Below, piece by piece: positions 1-8,559 of a DNA stretch of 54,733 bases. The notes under the pieces were generated by a model that did not search any database, had not been told where the DNA came from, and saw only the letters and a list, made by a program, of their open reading frames with translations. Origin of the DNA: Acidobacteriota bacterium (GTDB lineage Bacteria; Acidobacteriota; CAIWXX01); NCBI GenBank assembly GCA_040755995.1, contig JBFMAF010000005.1:1-54733 (forward strand). The letters run 5' to 3'. The position numbers and the translations under genes are program-made. Position 1 is the first letter of the stretch; each line of letters begins with the position of its first letter.

Positions 1-177
1 GGAACTTTGGCGACGGGACAGTTCCGATGCCCGGCGGGTCGAGCCTCCGCGTCTCGGTGTCACCGCGTCCCCGTGTCGGCCCCTTGCAGAGTCACTCCTT
101 CCGGCGGGGGCGGCGTGCCGGCCCGGAGTTTGAATGCGGTACCGGGCTGTTGATACACTGTGCCCGGCAGAAGAAGT

Positions 178-1104
178 ATGGCCGCAGAAATACTCGACGG
201 AAAGCGGATAGCCGAAGACATCAAGGCCGAGGTCGCGCGGGAAGTGCAGGAGCTCACGCGTGGTGGAGCCCGTAAGCCGAAGCTTGTCGCCGTGCTGGTC
301 GGCGAGAATCCCGGCAGCCAGGTCTACGTCCGTAGCAAGACCAAGACAGCCGCCTCGCTCGGCATCGACTCGGAGACGCTGCGGCTTCCTGCGGAGACGA
401 CCGCCGCCGCGCTGCTCGATGAAGTCGCGCGGCTCAACGCCGACCACAGTGTCGACGGCATCCTGGTCCAGCTCCCGCTTCCGCCGCAGATCGACGCCGA
501 TCGGGTGCTCGAGCGGATCGACGTCGCGAAGGACGTCGACGGATTCCATCCGATCTCGATCGGCCGCCTGACGCTGGGCCAACCGTGTCTGCCTCCGTGC
601 ACTCCCGCCGGCATCATCGAGATCCTGCGCAGAAACGGTGTCGAGATCGCCGGTGCGCGCGCGTGCGTCCTGGGGCGAAGCCGGATCGTCGGCAAGCCCG
701 TGGCATCGCTGCTGCTCAACGCTCATGCCACGATCACCGTCTGCCACTCGAAGACGCGCGACATCGCGTCGGCCGTTCGCGAGGCGGATATCGTGGTGGC
801 GGCCATCGGGCGTGCCGGCTTCGTGACGGGCGGCATGGTCCGCCCGGGAGCAGCCGTGATCGACGTCGGGATCAACGAGCTCCGGAGCCTCGAGGAGCTG
901 CGCCGGTTCCACGACGGCGGGGAGCTCGCGCGGCGCACCGCCGAGATCGCCGAGAAAGGGCGCACGCTCGTCGGCGACGTGGAGTTCAAGTCGGTCCAGG
1001 CCGTGGCGGGTAAGATCACGCCCGTGCCCGGAGGCGTCGGGCCGCTCACGATCGCCATGCTAATGAGGAACGTCGTCGCGGCCCGGCGCAGCCGGGGCGC
1101 CTGA
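178..1104 (+). CDS. folD: bifunctional methylenetetrahydrofolate dehydrogenase/cyclohydrolase
   Basis: ILDGKRIAE N-terminus, YVRSK, GILVQLPLP, KDVDGFHP, PCTPAG, GRSRIVGKP, ITPVPGGVGPLTIAMLM motifs. ATG at 178 chosen over the upstream GTG. Confidence 0.97.
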   Translation: MAAEILDGKRIAEDIKAEVAREVQELTRGGARKPKLVAVLVGENPGSQVYVRSKTKTAASLGIDSETLRLPAETTAAALLDEVARLNADHSVDGILVQLPLPPQIDADRVLERIDVAKDVDGFHPISIGRLTLGQPCLPPCTPAGIIEILRRNGVEIAGARACVLGRSRIVGKPVASLLLNAHATITVCHSKTRDIASAVREADIVVAAIGRAGFVTGGMVRPGAAVIDVGINELRSLEELRRFHDGGELARRTAEIAEKGRTLVGDVEFKSVQAVAGKITPVPGGVGPLTIAMLMRNVVAARRSRGA

Positions 1105-1763
1105 TGCGTCGCGCTCGTTCCATCTTGCGCGTGGGGCTTACGGGCGGCATCGCGTGCGGCAAGAGCGCGGTCACGCGGGAGCTCGGCCGGCTGGGCTGCA
1201 CGATCATCGACGCGGACCTCATCGCGCGTGAAGTCGTCGAGCCGGGACGGCCGGGTTGGAAGAAGGTTGTCGAGCACTTCGGCGAGCGTATATTGCTGCC
1301 GGACAGCCAGATCGACCGCAGCGCGCTCGCTCGCATCGTCTTCGCCAAGGAAGCGCAGCGGCGCGCGCTTAACCGGATCCTTCATCCGCTGATCATCGAG
1401 GTGGAGGAAGAGCGCATCGGCTGGCTGGTGAGGCACGGCTTCCGCGGGATCGTGATAGTTGAGGCCGCACTGTTGATCGAAGCGGGCAGGCACAAGAACT
1501 ACGATCAGCTTATCGTCGTGTACTGCGATCCGAAAGTGCAGCTCAAGCGCCTGACCATGAGGGACGGGATCAGCATAGCGGAGGCCCGGCGCCGGATCAG
1601 AGCGCAGATGGACATTGAAGAGAAGAAGAAGCTGGCCACGCACGTCATCGACGCATCCGGCAGCTTGCGGGACACCCAGCGGGAGGTCCAGAAAGTCTAC
1701 TGCTCGATCATCAATGAGTTCCTCAGGCGGGGAGAGACCCGAGCCGAGCCGCCCGCCGGATGA
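1104..1763 (+). CDS. coaE: dephospho-CoA kinase
   Basis: VGLTGGIACGKS P-loop, IDADLIAREVV, LNRILHP, EAALLIE, RIRAQM. Start overlaps the folD stop (TGATG). Confidence 0.96.
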   Translation: MRRARSILRVGLTGGIACGKSAVTRELGRLGCTIIDADLIAREVVEPGRPGWKKVVEHFGERILLPDSQIDRSALARIVFAKEAQRRALNRILHPLIIEVEEERIGWLVRHGFRGIVIVEAALLIEAGRHKNYDQLIVVYCDPKVQLKRLTMRDGISIAEARRRIRAQMDIEEKKKLATHVIDASGSLRDTQREVQKVYCSIINEFLRRGETRAEPPAG

Positions 1764-1840
1764 ATGCGGAATCGGAGCCGGCCCCGGCTCCGGCCGGACT
1801 GATCGCGTTGCGTGCCGGTGGCGCCGTCCTGCGGGAGCGG

Positions 1841-2458
1841 CTATCTCTCGGTCCGCAGCCTGAAAGTCGTGATGTCGCGCGCCAGAGCCTCGATCTGTAC
1901 GCCGTCGGCCGCGAAGTCCACCTTGATGTTGGCCCCGTTGAACAGCACCTGAGAGCGATCGAACAGATCGCGCGTCGTGATCTCGCCATCGAGGAACCGG
2001 CGGAGCTGGGCGACGGTGAAGACGTAGCCGATGGTCTCGTTCGTATCCGTCGGCTGGACGGGCATCATGGAGCTCTTTGAGGCAGTCTTGATCTGGATCC
2101 TGATCCCGTCGACCTCCTTGATGTTGCCCCCGAGTTTCATGTAAGTCTGGGCTACCGGCTTGCCGACAGTCTCCCACAGAGCCCCCGCGCGCACCGAATC
2201 GCGATGCCTGAGCGGGTCGAAGATATAGGGCAGCGTGCCGGTGAAGGTGTAGTAGGCGAAGCCCTTGTAGTCCTCGAAATTGGAGAAAATCTCCGGCAGG
2301 GCCGATCCGAGAATCCGAGCAGCCGAGACCTCCTGCGCAACGCGCTTCGGCACGTCCCCATAGTTCTTCTTGAGATAGTCCACATTCGGATTCCCGCCCA
2401 TCAAGGGTGCGGCGACTAGTACGAGAAGACTGAGCCCCGTGACCGATCTTCCTATCAT
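1841..2458 (-). CDS. hypothetical exported protein
   Basis: 205-aa ORF with a hydrophobic signal-like N-terminus and GGAGGAG RBS; no recognisable family motif. Confidence 0.75.
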   Translation of the reverse strand: MIGRSVTGLSLLVLVAAPLMGGNPNVDYLKKNYGDVPKRVAQEVSAARILGSALPEIFSNFEDYKGFAYYTFTGTLPYIFDPLRHRDSVRAGALWETVGKPVAQTYMKLGGNIKEVDGIRIQIKTASKSSMMPVQPTDTNETIGYVFTVAQLRRFLDGEITTRDLFDRSQVLFNGANIKVDFAADGVQIEALARDITTFRLRTER

Positions 2459-2574
2459 CGCATCTCCTCCTGGATCTCTACCCCCTGACTCTATTGCTTT
2501 GTGCTGGGTTCTTCAAGGGCGCGATCGGCTGGTGGTCTGCCGCATTGAGGGCGGAACCTGGGCTGCGGGCGAGA

Positions 2575-3336
2575 TCAGGCGGGACTCGTGATCCTCCGCC
2601 AGACGCACGCGGCCACGATGGCGGCAGCCGCGATCAGCGCCACAGCGTCGGAGAGGTTCCAGGACCTTTCGTCGATCGAGCTCCTCGGCCCCGCTCCGAA
2701 CCCGCGGCATTCGAGGGCCATCGCGAGGCCGTCGGCATCGCGCAGACCTTGAGAGATGATGGGGACGAACAGCGGGAAGTAGCCTCGAATGCGCTGAAAC
2801 ACGTTGCGGCGAGCCAGGTCGAATCCGCGGCTCTTCTGCGCCAGCACGACAGTCTCGACCGTGCTGAAGAACAGCGGAACAAGGCGGAAGCTGAGAGACA
2901 GGGCGAAGCTCATGCGATACCCCATCCCGAGGCTCTGGCAACCCTGGCTGAATTCCTCGACCGGTGTGACCGTGAGGAAGCTCAGGCCGAGAATCATCAA
3001 CGTCAGCAGCCGGATGCCCATCGCCGTACCGTACGCCACCGACTCCGAGCTGACCCGCAGGAAGTGCCACTCGAAAATCGGAATCCCACCCTGCTTGAAG
3101 ACCGCCCAGATCGCCACGGTCAAGATGAAGAACAGCAGCATGAACGGGAGCAACCGGCGCAGGTTTCTCATGGAACCCGTCATCGCGGCCAGCAGGAGTG
3201 CCAGGAGAAGCAGCAGCATCTGTTCGCGGATCTGCATGAGAACGACGGGCGCTACGAACAGCAGCAGCAATCCGAGGATCTTCGCACCGGGATGCAGTCG
3301 ATGAAAGAGCGTCGTTCCTGCGACGTAGAGGTCCAT
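2575..3336 (-). CDS. ecfT: energy-coupling factor transporter transmembrane component T (CbiQ/EcfT family)
   Basis: LHPGAKI N-terminus, several TM helices, two X-R-G motifs (AQKSRG, ALECRGF). Confidence 0.9.
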   Translation of the reverse strand: MDLYVAGTTLFHRLHPGAKILGLLLLFVAPVVLMQIREQMLLLLLALLLAAMTGSMRNLRRLLPFMLLFFILTVAIWAVFKQGGIPIFEWHFLRVSSESVAYGTAMGIRLLTLMILGLSFLTVTPVEEFSQGCQSLGMGYRMSFALSLSFRLVPLFFSTVETVVLAQKSRGFDLARRNVFQRIRGYFPLFVPIISQGLRDADGLAMALECRGFGAGPRSSIDERSWNLSDAVALIAAAAIVAACVWRRITSPA

Positions 3337-3342
3337 GCCCTA

Positions 3343-3429
3343 AAGGTTCAAGGTTCAAAGTTCAAGGTTCAAAGTTCTAAGCGCCCCAGGCTCCCGGAAC
3401 CTTGAACCGGGAACCGTGAACCTTGAACC
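3343..3429. repeat. heptamer tandem/inverted repeat element
   Basis: Five copies of AARGTTC at 3343-3377, then about five inverted GAACCNN copies at 3397-3429. Confidence 0.9.
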
Positions 3430-3432
3430 AGT

Positions 3433-3699
3433 CTATCGGACCGGGATCACCTGCTCCAGCTCGGGAACTTCCTCACGCAGGACACGCTCGACTCCGTAAA
3501 GGAGCGTCATCTGGGCCGACGGGCATCCCGCGCACATCCCCATGAGCCGGACCTTGGCGGACTTGCCGACCACCTCAACCAGCTCCACGTCGCCCCCATC
3601 CATCTGAAGCGCAGGCCGGATCTTGTCCAGTGCCTTCTCGACTTTCCGCTCCATCTCCGTAATCTCTCTCTGCCTGGCCTTTTCCTGCGTGTCCGCCAT
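3433..3699 (-). CDS. NifU C-terminal domain (Nfu-type Fe-S carrier) protein
   Basis: IRPALQMDGGDVELV and GMCAGCPSAQMTL (CxxC) motifs; AAGGAGG RBS before the ATG at 3699. Confidence 0.93.
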   Translation of the reverse strand: MADTQEKARQREITEMERKVEKALDKIRPALQMDGGDVELVEVVGKSAKVRLMGMCAGCPSAQMTLLYGVERVLREEVPELEQVIPVR

Positions 3700-3741
3700 T
3701 GTTCCTCCTTGGGAGACTGGTTCGTACCCGCTCCGATGTGC

Positions 3742-3770
3742 AGAATATCGGCGGGCCTCGGAATTGTCAA
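3742..3770 (-). promoter_or_regulatory. sigma70-type promoter for nifU-ecfT
   Basis: TTGACA-17 bp-TATTCT on the minus strand. Confidence 0.65.
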
Positions 3771-3855
3771 GGAAGCCATCGCGCGCGAGCGACATCGGGC
3801 CACCTGATTGCGGATGTTGTTGAACTGCCCTACTCTCTATGTTAGAGTCGCAGCC

Positions 3856-4572
3856 GTGCTGAGGAAGCTGTTCAAGTTCCTGGCATGGTGCGTCGCGCTT
3901 GCAGCGGCTGGGATCCTTTCAGGTTGGATCACCATGAACACGCTGATCAAGGGCGAGGAGATCAAGGTGCCGGACATTCTGGGTAAGACGACCGAAGAGG
4001 CCTATCAGACTCTCAGCGAGGCGGGGCTGTATCTCAGCAAGGTGGACACCCAGCCCGACGAACATCTTGCGCCCGATCGCATCCTAAGCCAGGACCCGCC
4101 TGCCGGCACGGCCATCAAGAAGAACCGCAAGGTACGAGTCATTGTGAGCAGCGGCTCGGAGACCGTGACCGTCCCGGATCTCCAGGACAAGTCGTCCCGT
4201 GCCGCGTCGCTGGTGTTGCGCGAGGCGGGGCTGCGGCTGGGTATGGTCGCTCAGGCATCTTCGCCAAGGACGGCCGCCGGCGAGGTCATCGCGCAACAGC
4301 CCGAGCCCGGCACCGAGGACCTCCGCGACAACAGCGTCAACATCCTCGTCAGCAGCGGAGCCACCGAGCCGGAGTTCGTCATGCCGGACCTGATTGGAAA
4401 AGAGGTCAAGGCAGTCGCGCCCGCACTGCGCGACTGGGGGTTCCAGATCGGGAGCGTTCACTACCAGAACTATCCTGGAATCAAGCCGGGGCTCATCATC
4501 AAGCAGGCCCCGCTGGCCGGTTACAAGATCAAGAAGGGAAACCTGGTCTCCCTGGAAGTCAGCCAGGAATGA
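3856..4572 (+). CDS. PASTA domain-containing membrane protein (3 PASTA repeats)
   Basis: N-terminal TM, then VPDILGK, VPDLQDK and MPDLIGK repeats with Q-x-P-x-x-G motifs. Start GTG 3856 is inferred (ORF is open from 3808). Confidence 0.9.
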   Translation: MLRKLFKFLAWCVALAAAGILSGWITMNTLIKGEEIKVPDILGKTTEEAYQTLSEAGLYLSKVDTQPDEHLAPDRILSQDPPAGTAIKKNRKVRVIVSSGSETVTVPDLQDKSSRAASLVLREAGLRLGMVAQASSPRTAAGEVIAQQPEPGTEDLRDNSVNILVSSGATEPEFVMPDLIGKEVKAVAPALRDWGFQIGSVHYQNYPGIKPGLIIKQAPLAGYKIKKGNLVSLEVSQE

Positions 4573-5246
4573 ACGCCCTGCTCGCTCCTTCGCTCCTCTC
4601 GGCAGACTTCGTCCACCTCGCCGAGGATATCGCGCTGGTGACCGAGGCCGGCGCGGATCTTCTGCACCTGGATGTAATGGACGGCCATTTTGTCCCGAAT
4701 ATCACGTTCGGGCCGCCGGTGGTCAGGGCCATCCGCAAGGCATCACGAATCCCGCTGGACGTCCACCTGATGATCTCCCGTCCCGACGATTTCATCGAAG
4801 AATTCGCCCGTGCCGGAGCTGACTGGATATCGGTGCACGTCGAAGCATGCTCGCACCTGCATCGCACCATCCAACTGATCAAGTCTCTGAAGGCCATGGC
4901 CGGCGTGGCGCTCAACCCCGCGACCCCGATCTCTGCGCTCGAAGAGATCGTCTCGGAGGTGGACTACGTGCTCGTCATGTCCGTCAACCCGGGATTCGGC
5001 GGGCAGAATTTCATCCACTCTGCGACCTCCAAGATCTCCAAGCTCTCGTCTCTGCTGAACGATCGAGGGCGGAGCGTCCCGATCGAAGTCGATGGCGGGG
5101 TCGGGCCGCGGAACGTGCAGGAGCTCCTGCAGGCGGGGGCCCGCGTGATCGTAGCGGGCAACTCGATCTTCGGCGCCCCGGACCCTCGCGCCGCGGTCGC
5201 GGCGATGAAAGACGCGTTCAAGAAAGCGGGGGCGCTTCCCGCATGA
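4569..5246 (+). CDS. rpe: ribulose-phosphate 3-epimerase
   Basis: APSLLSADF, HLDVMDGHFVPNITFG, DVHLMI, MSVNPGFGGQ, IEVDGG. Confidence 0.98.
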   Translation: MNALLAPSLLSADFVHLAEDIALVTEAGADLLHLDVMDGHFVPNITFGPPVVRAIRKASRIPLDVHLMISRPDDFIEEFARAGADWISVHVEACSHLHRTIQLIKSLKAMAGVALNPATPISALEEIVSEVDYVLVMSVNPGFGGQNFIHSATSKISKLSSLLNDRGRSVPIEVDGGVGPRNVQELLQAGARVIVAGNSIFGAPDPRAAVAAMKDAFKKAGALPA

Positions 5247-6184
5247 GGGCCCTTGTCACAGGAGTAGCCGGGTTCATAGGGAGCCACCTGGCAGCATCCC
5301 TCTTGCGCGACGGGCACGAAGTCACCGGGGTGGATTGTTACACGGACTACTACGCGCGCGACCTCAAGGAGAGGAATCTGCAGCCGTTGCTCAGGACCCG
5401 AGCGTTCCGCTTCGTGGCGAGCCCGCTGCAGGGGCTCGACCTCCCGCCGCTCATGCGCGAATGCGAGGCCATCTTCCACATGGCGGCCCAGCCGGGCGTG
5501 CGGGCCAGCTGGGGGCGGGAGTTCGAGATCTACACGACCCACAACGTGCTCGTCACCCAGAAGATGCTCGAAGCCGCCGTCGGCGCGGAAATCCGACGGT
5601 TCGTATATGCATCGTCTTCGTCAGTATACGGAGACACGCCGAAGCTGCCGTCGAGCGAAGAAGATCCGGTGTGCCCGCTGTCTCCTTACGGTGTCACGAA
5701 GCTCGCCGCCGAGAACCTCGCGCGCCTCTATCACGCCAACTATGGTGTGCCCACGGTCTCGCTTCGCTACTTCACCGTCTACGGCCCGCGCCAGCGGCCC
5801 GACATGGCGTTCCACCGCTTCATGCGCGCGGCCGTTCGCGGCGAGGAGCTGCTTGTATACGGCGACGGCCTGCAGACGCGCGATTTCACCTACGTCGATG
5901 ACGTCGTCGCGGCCACGCGGGCGGCCGGCGAGCTGGGTGTCGCGGGCGGTGTGTACAACATCGGGGGCGGCCACAGGGTGTCGTTGAACGAGGTGATCGA
6001 GAGCATCTGCGCGACGGCCGGGAGGCCGGTCACGGTCAAGCGCCTCGGAAAAGAGAGGGGCGACGTCAAGCATACATGGGCGGACACCACTCGGGCGCGC
6101 GCCGACCTGAAGTTCGCTCCTGCAACCGATCTCCGCGATGGACTTCAAGAGGAACTCAAATGGATTCGACTCGTCTACGCCTGA
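5243..6184 (+). CDS. NAD-dependent nucleotide-sugar epimerase/dehydratase (extended SDR, UDP-glucuronate epimerase-like)
   Basis: TGVAGFIG, HMAAQPGVR, ASSSSVYG, YGVTK (YxxxK), RYFTVYGPRQRPDMA. Confidence 0.93.
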   Translation: MRALVTGVAGFIGSHLAASLLRDGHEVTGVDCYTDYYARDLKERNLQPLLRTRAFRFVASPLQGLDLPPLMRECEAIFHMAAQPGVRASWGREFEIYTTHNVLVTQKMLEAAVGAEIRRFVYASSSSVYGDTPKLPSSEEDPVCPLSPYGVTKLAAENLARLYHANYGVPTVSLRYFTVYGPRQRPDMAFHRFMRAAVRGEELLVYGDGLQTRDFTYVDDVVAATRAAGELGVAGGVYNIGGGHRVSLNEVIESICATAGRPVTVKRLGKERGDVKHTWADTTRARADLKFAPATDLRDGLQEELKWIRLVYA

Positions 6185-6930
6185 TACTGTTGTTGCTGAT
6201 CCTCGCGGTCGGCTGCGGGAAGAACCCCAAGCCGACGACCCCGGCCAACATCCCGTCCGACCAGGTGCTCTACGATCAGGGCACGGCCGCGTTGGAGAAG
6301 GAGGACTGGGACAAGGGCCGGACTCTTCTCCAACAACTCGTCGACAGTTACCCGCAGAGCGCCCTTGCCCAGCGCGCGCGCATCGCCATCGCCGACAGTC
6401 ACTTCAAGCAGAACGACGAGACGCATCGCGCCCAGGCCGCTGTCGAATACCAGACCTTCATCTCGCTCTATCCGTTCAGCGAGTGGGCGGCATACTCGCA
6501 GTTCCAGCTCGGGATGCTGAGATTCCGGCGCATGCGAATCGCGGCCCGCGATCAGACTGAGACGCGAGACGCCCTGCAGGCGTTCCAGCGTGTCGTGTCA
6601 GAGTACCCAGGGAGCCAGTACGCCGATCAGGCCCGGCAGAAGGCCGTCGAGTGCCAGGACCGGCTCGCCGAGCACGAGCTGACGGTCGGGATTTTCTACT
6701 ACAAACGGAAGTCATACGCCTCCGCCGTGTCTCGATTCAAGCTGGTAATGGCGGAGTATCCGAATTTCTCCCAGATGGACAAGCTTTACTTCTACCTTGG
6801 CGAGAGCCTTGCCAAAGACGGCAAGCGCGATGAGGCAGTTCCGTACTACCAGAAGGTGGCAGACAAGAGCCCGCCCTCGGAGTACAAACAGAAATCTCTG
6901 GAACGGCTCCGGGAGTTCGGCCCGAAGTGA
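6160..6930 (+). CDS. bamD: outer membrane protein assembly factor BamD (lipoprotein)
   Basis: Lipobox LAVGC, TPR helices, RDQTET, LAEHELTVGIFYYKR...SAVSRF typical of BamD/ComL. Confidence 0.88.
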   Translation: MDSTRLRLILLLLILAVGCGKNPKPTTPANIPSDQVLYDQGTAALEKEDWDKGRTLLQQLVDSYPQSALAQRARIAIADSHFKQNDETHRAQAAVEYQTFISLYPFSEWAAYSQFQLGMLRFRRMRIAARDQTETRDALQAFQRVVSEYPGSQYADQARQKAVECQDRLAEHELTVGIFYYKRKSYASAVSRFKLVMAEYPNFSQMDKLYFYLGESLAKDGKRDEAVPYYQKVADKSPPSEYKQKSLERLREFGPK

Positions 6931-6938
6931 GCCGGGTA

Positions 6939-7106
6939 GGTCAGGCGTAGGGCGTTCATACATATGCAGCGGGGGTTCGAGGCTTGGAGTGGAGCGGACG
7001 CGGAGACACAGTGGCCCGGTGACAGGACCGGAGTCTATGCGCGTCTCCACTCGTGAGCCGGAGAAACCTCATCATACCCATACACCTTCATAGCCACGGC
7101 GTGGCC
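6939..7106 (+). ncRNA. candidate structured RNA or leader (rod-shaped; identity unknown)
   Basis: Nested stems 6939-6943/7102-7106, 6972-6977/7065-7070, 6981-6985/7055-7059, 6987-6994/7045-7052, 6998-7002/7040-7044, 7016-7020/7027-7031. Confidence 0.3.
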
Positions 7107-7125
7107 ACAAGTCAGGAGTGACAGC

Positions 7126-8478
7126 ATGAGGCTGGTCGAACCGTACAAGACCAAGATGGTCGAGCCGATCCGGTTGATCTCGCGCGAGGAGCGCGAGCAG
7201 GAACTCATACGCGCCGGGTACAATGTCTTCCAGATCCCGGCGAGCAGTGTCTATGTGGATCTGCTCACCGACAGCGGCACAGGCAGCATGTCTGACAGCC
7301 AGTGGGCGTCGCTGATGCGGGGTGACGAGGCGTACGCAGGCAGCGGCAGCTACTTCAGGCTATGCGAGAGCATCCGCGGGATCTTCGGGTACGACCACGT
7401 GATCCCCACGCATCAGGGGCGCGCCGCCGAACACGTGCTCTTCACGGCATGCGTCAAGGCGGGGCAGATCGTCCCCAGCAACATCCACTTCGACACGACC
7501 CGGGCCCACATCGAGAACCGCCGGGCCGAGGCGCGCGACCTCGCCGTCGATGAGGCGTACGACACGGCGCTCGAACGCCCGTTCAAGGGCGACATGGATT
7601 GCGCGCTGCTCGATCGGCTGCTGAGCACGCAGCGAGAGATGGTTCCGCTGGTCATGCTCACCGTGACGAACAACGGCGCCGGCGGGCAGCCCGTGAGTAT
7701 GGCGAACGTGCGGGCGGTCTCGGAAATCTGCCGGAGGCACAAGACGCCGCTGTTCTTCGACGCGGCGCGTTTCGCCGAGAACGCATTTTTCGTGAAGGAG
7801 CGCGAGCCGGGGTACGGTTCGAAGGAGATCATCGAGATCGCGCGTGAAATGTTCTCGTACGGCGACGGCGCCACGATGTCGGCCAAGAAGGACGGGCTCG
7901 TGAACATCGGCGGTTTCGTCACGCTCAGAGACAAGGCCCTGGCCGACAGGATCAGGCAGTTTCTGATTCTCTACGAAGGCTTCCCGACATACGGCGGGCT
8001 TGCCGGCCGCGACATGGAAGCGGTAGCCGTCGGCCTCCGCGAGTCGCTCAAGGACGACTACCTGGCGTTCCGCATCGGGCAGGTACGGATGGTGTGCGAC
8101 ATGCTGCACGAGGCGGGAGTGCCCGTCATCCGGCCCGCGGGTGGGCATGCGGTTTATCTCGATGCGCGCCGCTTCCTTCCTCACGTTCCTCCATCCCAGT
8201 TCCCCGGCCAGGCCGTCGTGTGCGCCCTGTACCTCGACGCCGGCATTCGCACAGTCGAGATCGGATCGCTGATGTTCGGCAAGAGCGCTGAGAGCCCTAG
8301 GCTCGAGCTGGTCCGGATGGCGATACCACGCCGCGTGTACTCGAACGACCAGTTGCGGTACGTGGCCGATGCGGTGATCGAGCTCCATCGGCGGCGCGAG
8401 CAGTTGCGCGGGCTGCGCCTCGTAGAGGCCGCGTGGGTGCTTCGCCACTTCACCGCGCGTCTCGAGCCGATGAGCTGA
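7126..8478 (+). CDS. tnaA: tryptophanase (beta-eliminating lyase family)
   Basis: DLLTDSGT, GDEAYAG, THQGRAAE, MSAKKD PLP lysine. HFDTT, VEIG and LRHFTA residues match tryptophanase rather than tyrosine phenol-lyase. Confidence 0.88.
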   Translation: MRLVEPYKTKMVEPIRLISREEREQELIRAGYNVFQIPASSVYVDLLTDSGTGSMSDSQWASLMRGDEAYAGSGSYFRLCESIRGIFGYDHVIPTHQGRAAEHVLFTACVKAGQIVPSNIHFDTTRAHIENRRAEARDLAVDEAYDTALERPFKGDMDCALLDRLLSTQREMVPLVMLTVTNNGAGGQPVSMANVRAVSEICRRHKTPLFFDAARFAENAFFVKEREPGYGSKEIIEIAREMFSYGDGATMSAKKDGLVNIGGFVTLRDKALADRIRQFLILYEGFPTYGGLAGRDMEAVAVGLRESLKDDYLAFRIGQVRMVCDMLHEAGVPVIRPAGGHAVYLDARRFLPHVPPSQFPGQAVVCALYLDAGIRTVEIGSLMFGKSAESPRLELVRMAIPRRVYSNDQLRYVADAVIELHRRREQLRGLRLVEAAWVLRHFTARLEPMS

Positions 8479-8559
8479 TTCGGCTTTGCCTTCGGTTGCG
8501 ATGAGAGGTATCCTATCGTTTCCCGCTCGGCGGGTTTTCTTCGAAGAAAGGAACGACGC

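Noticed and set aside
1773..1792. GC hairpin between convergent coaE and the hypothetical gene
   Set aside because: No U-tract on either strand; cannot be supported as an intrinsic terminator.
723..2177. 484-aa minus-strand ORF
   Set aside because: Antisense shadow of folD/coaE, typical of high-GC DNA; no motifs.
7126..8478. Tyrosine phenol-lyase assignment
   Set aside because: Diagnostic positions (FDTT, VEIG, LRHF) match tryptophanase.
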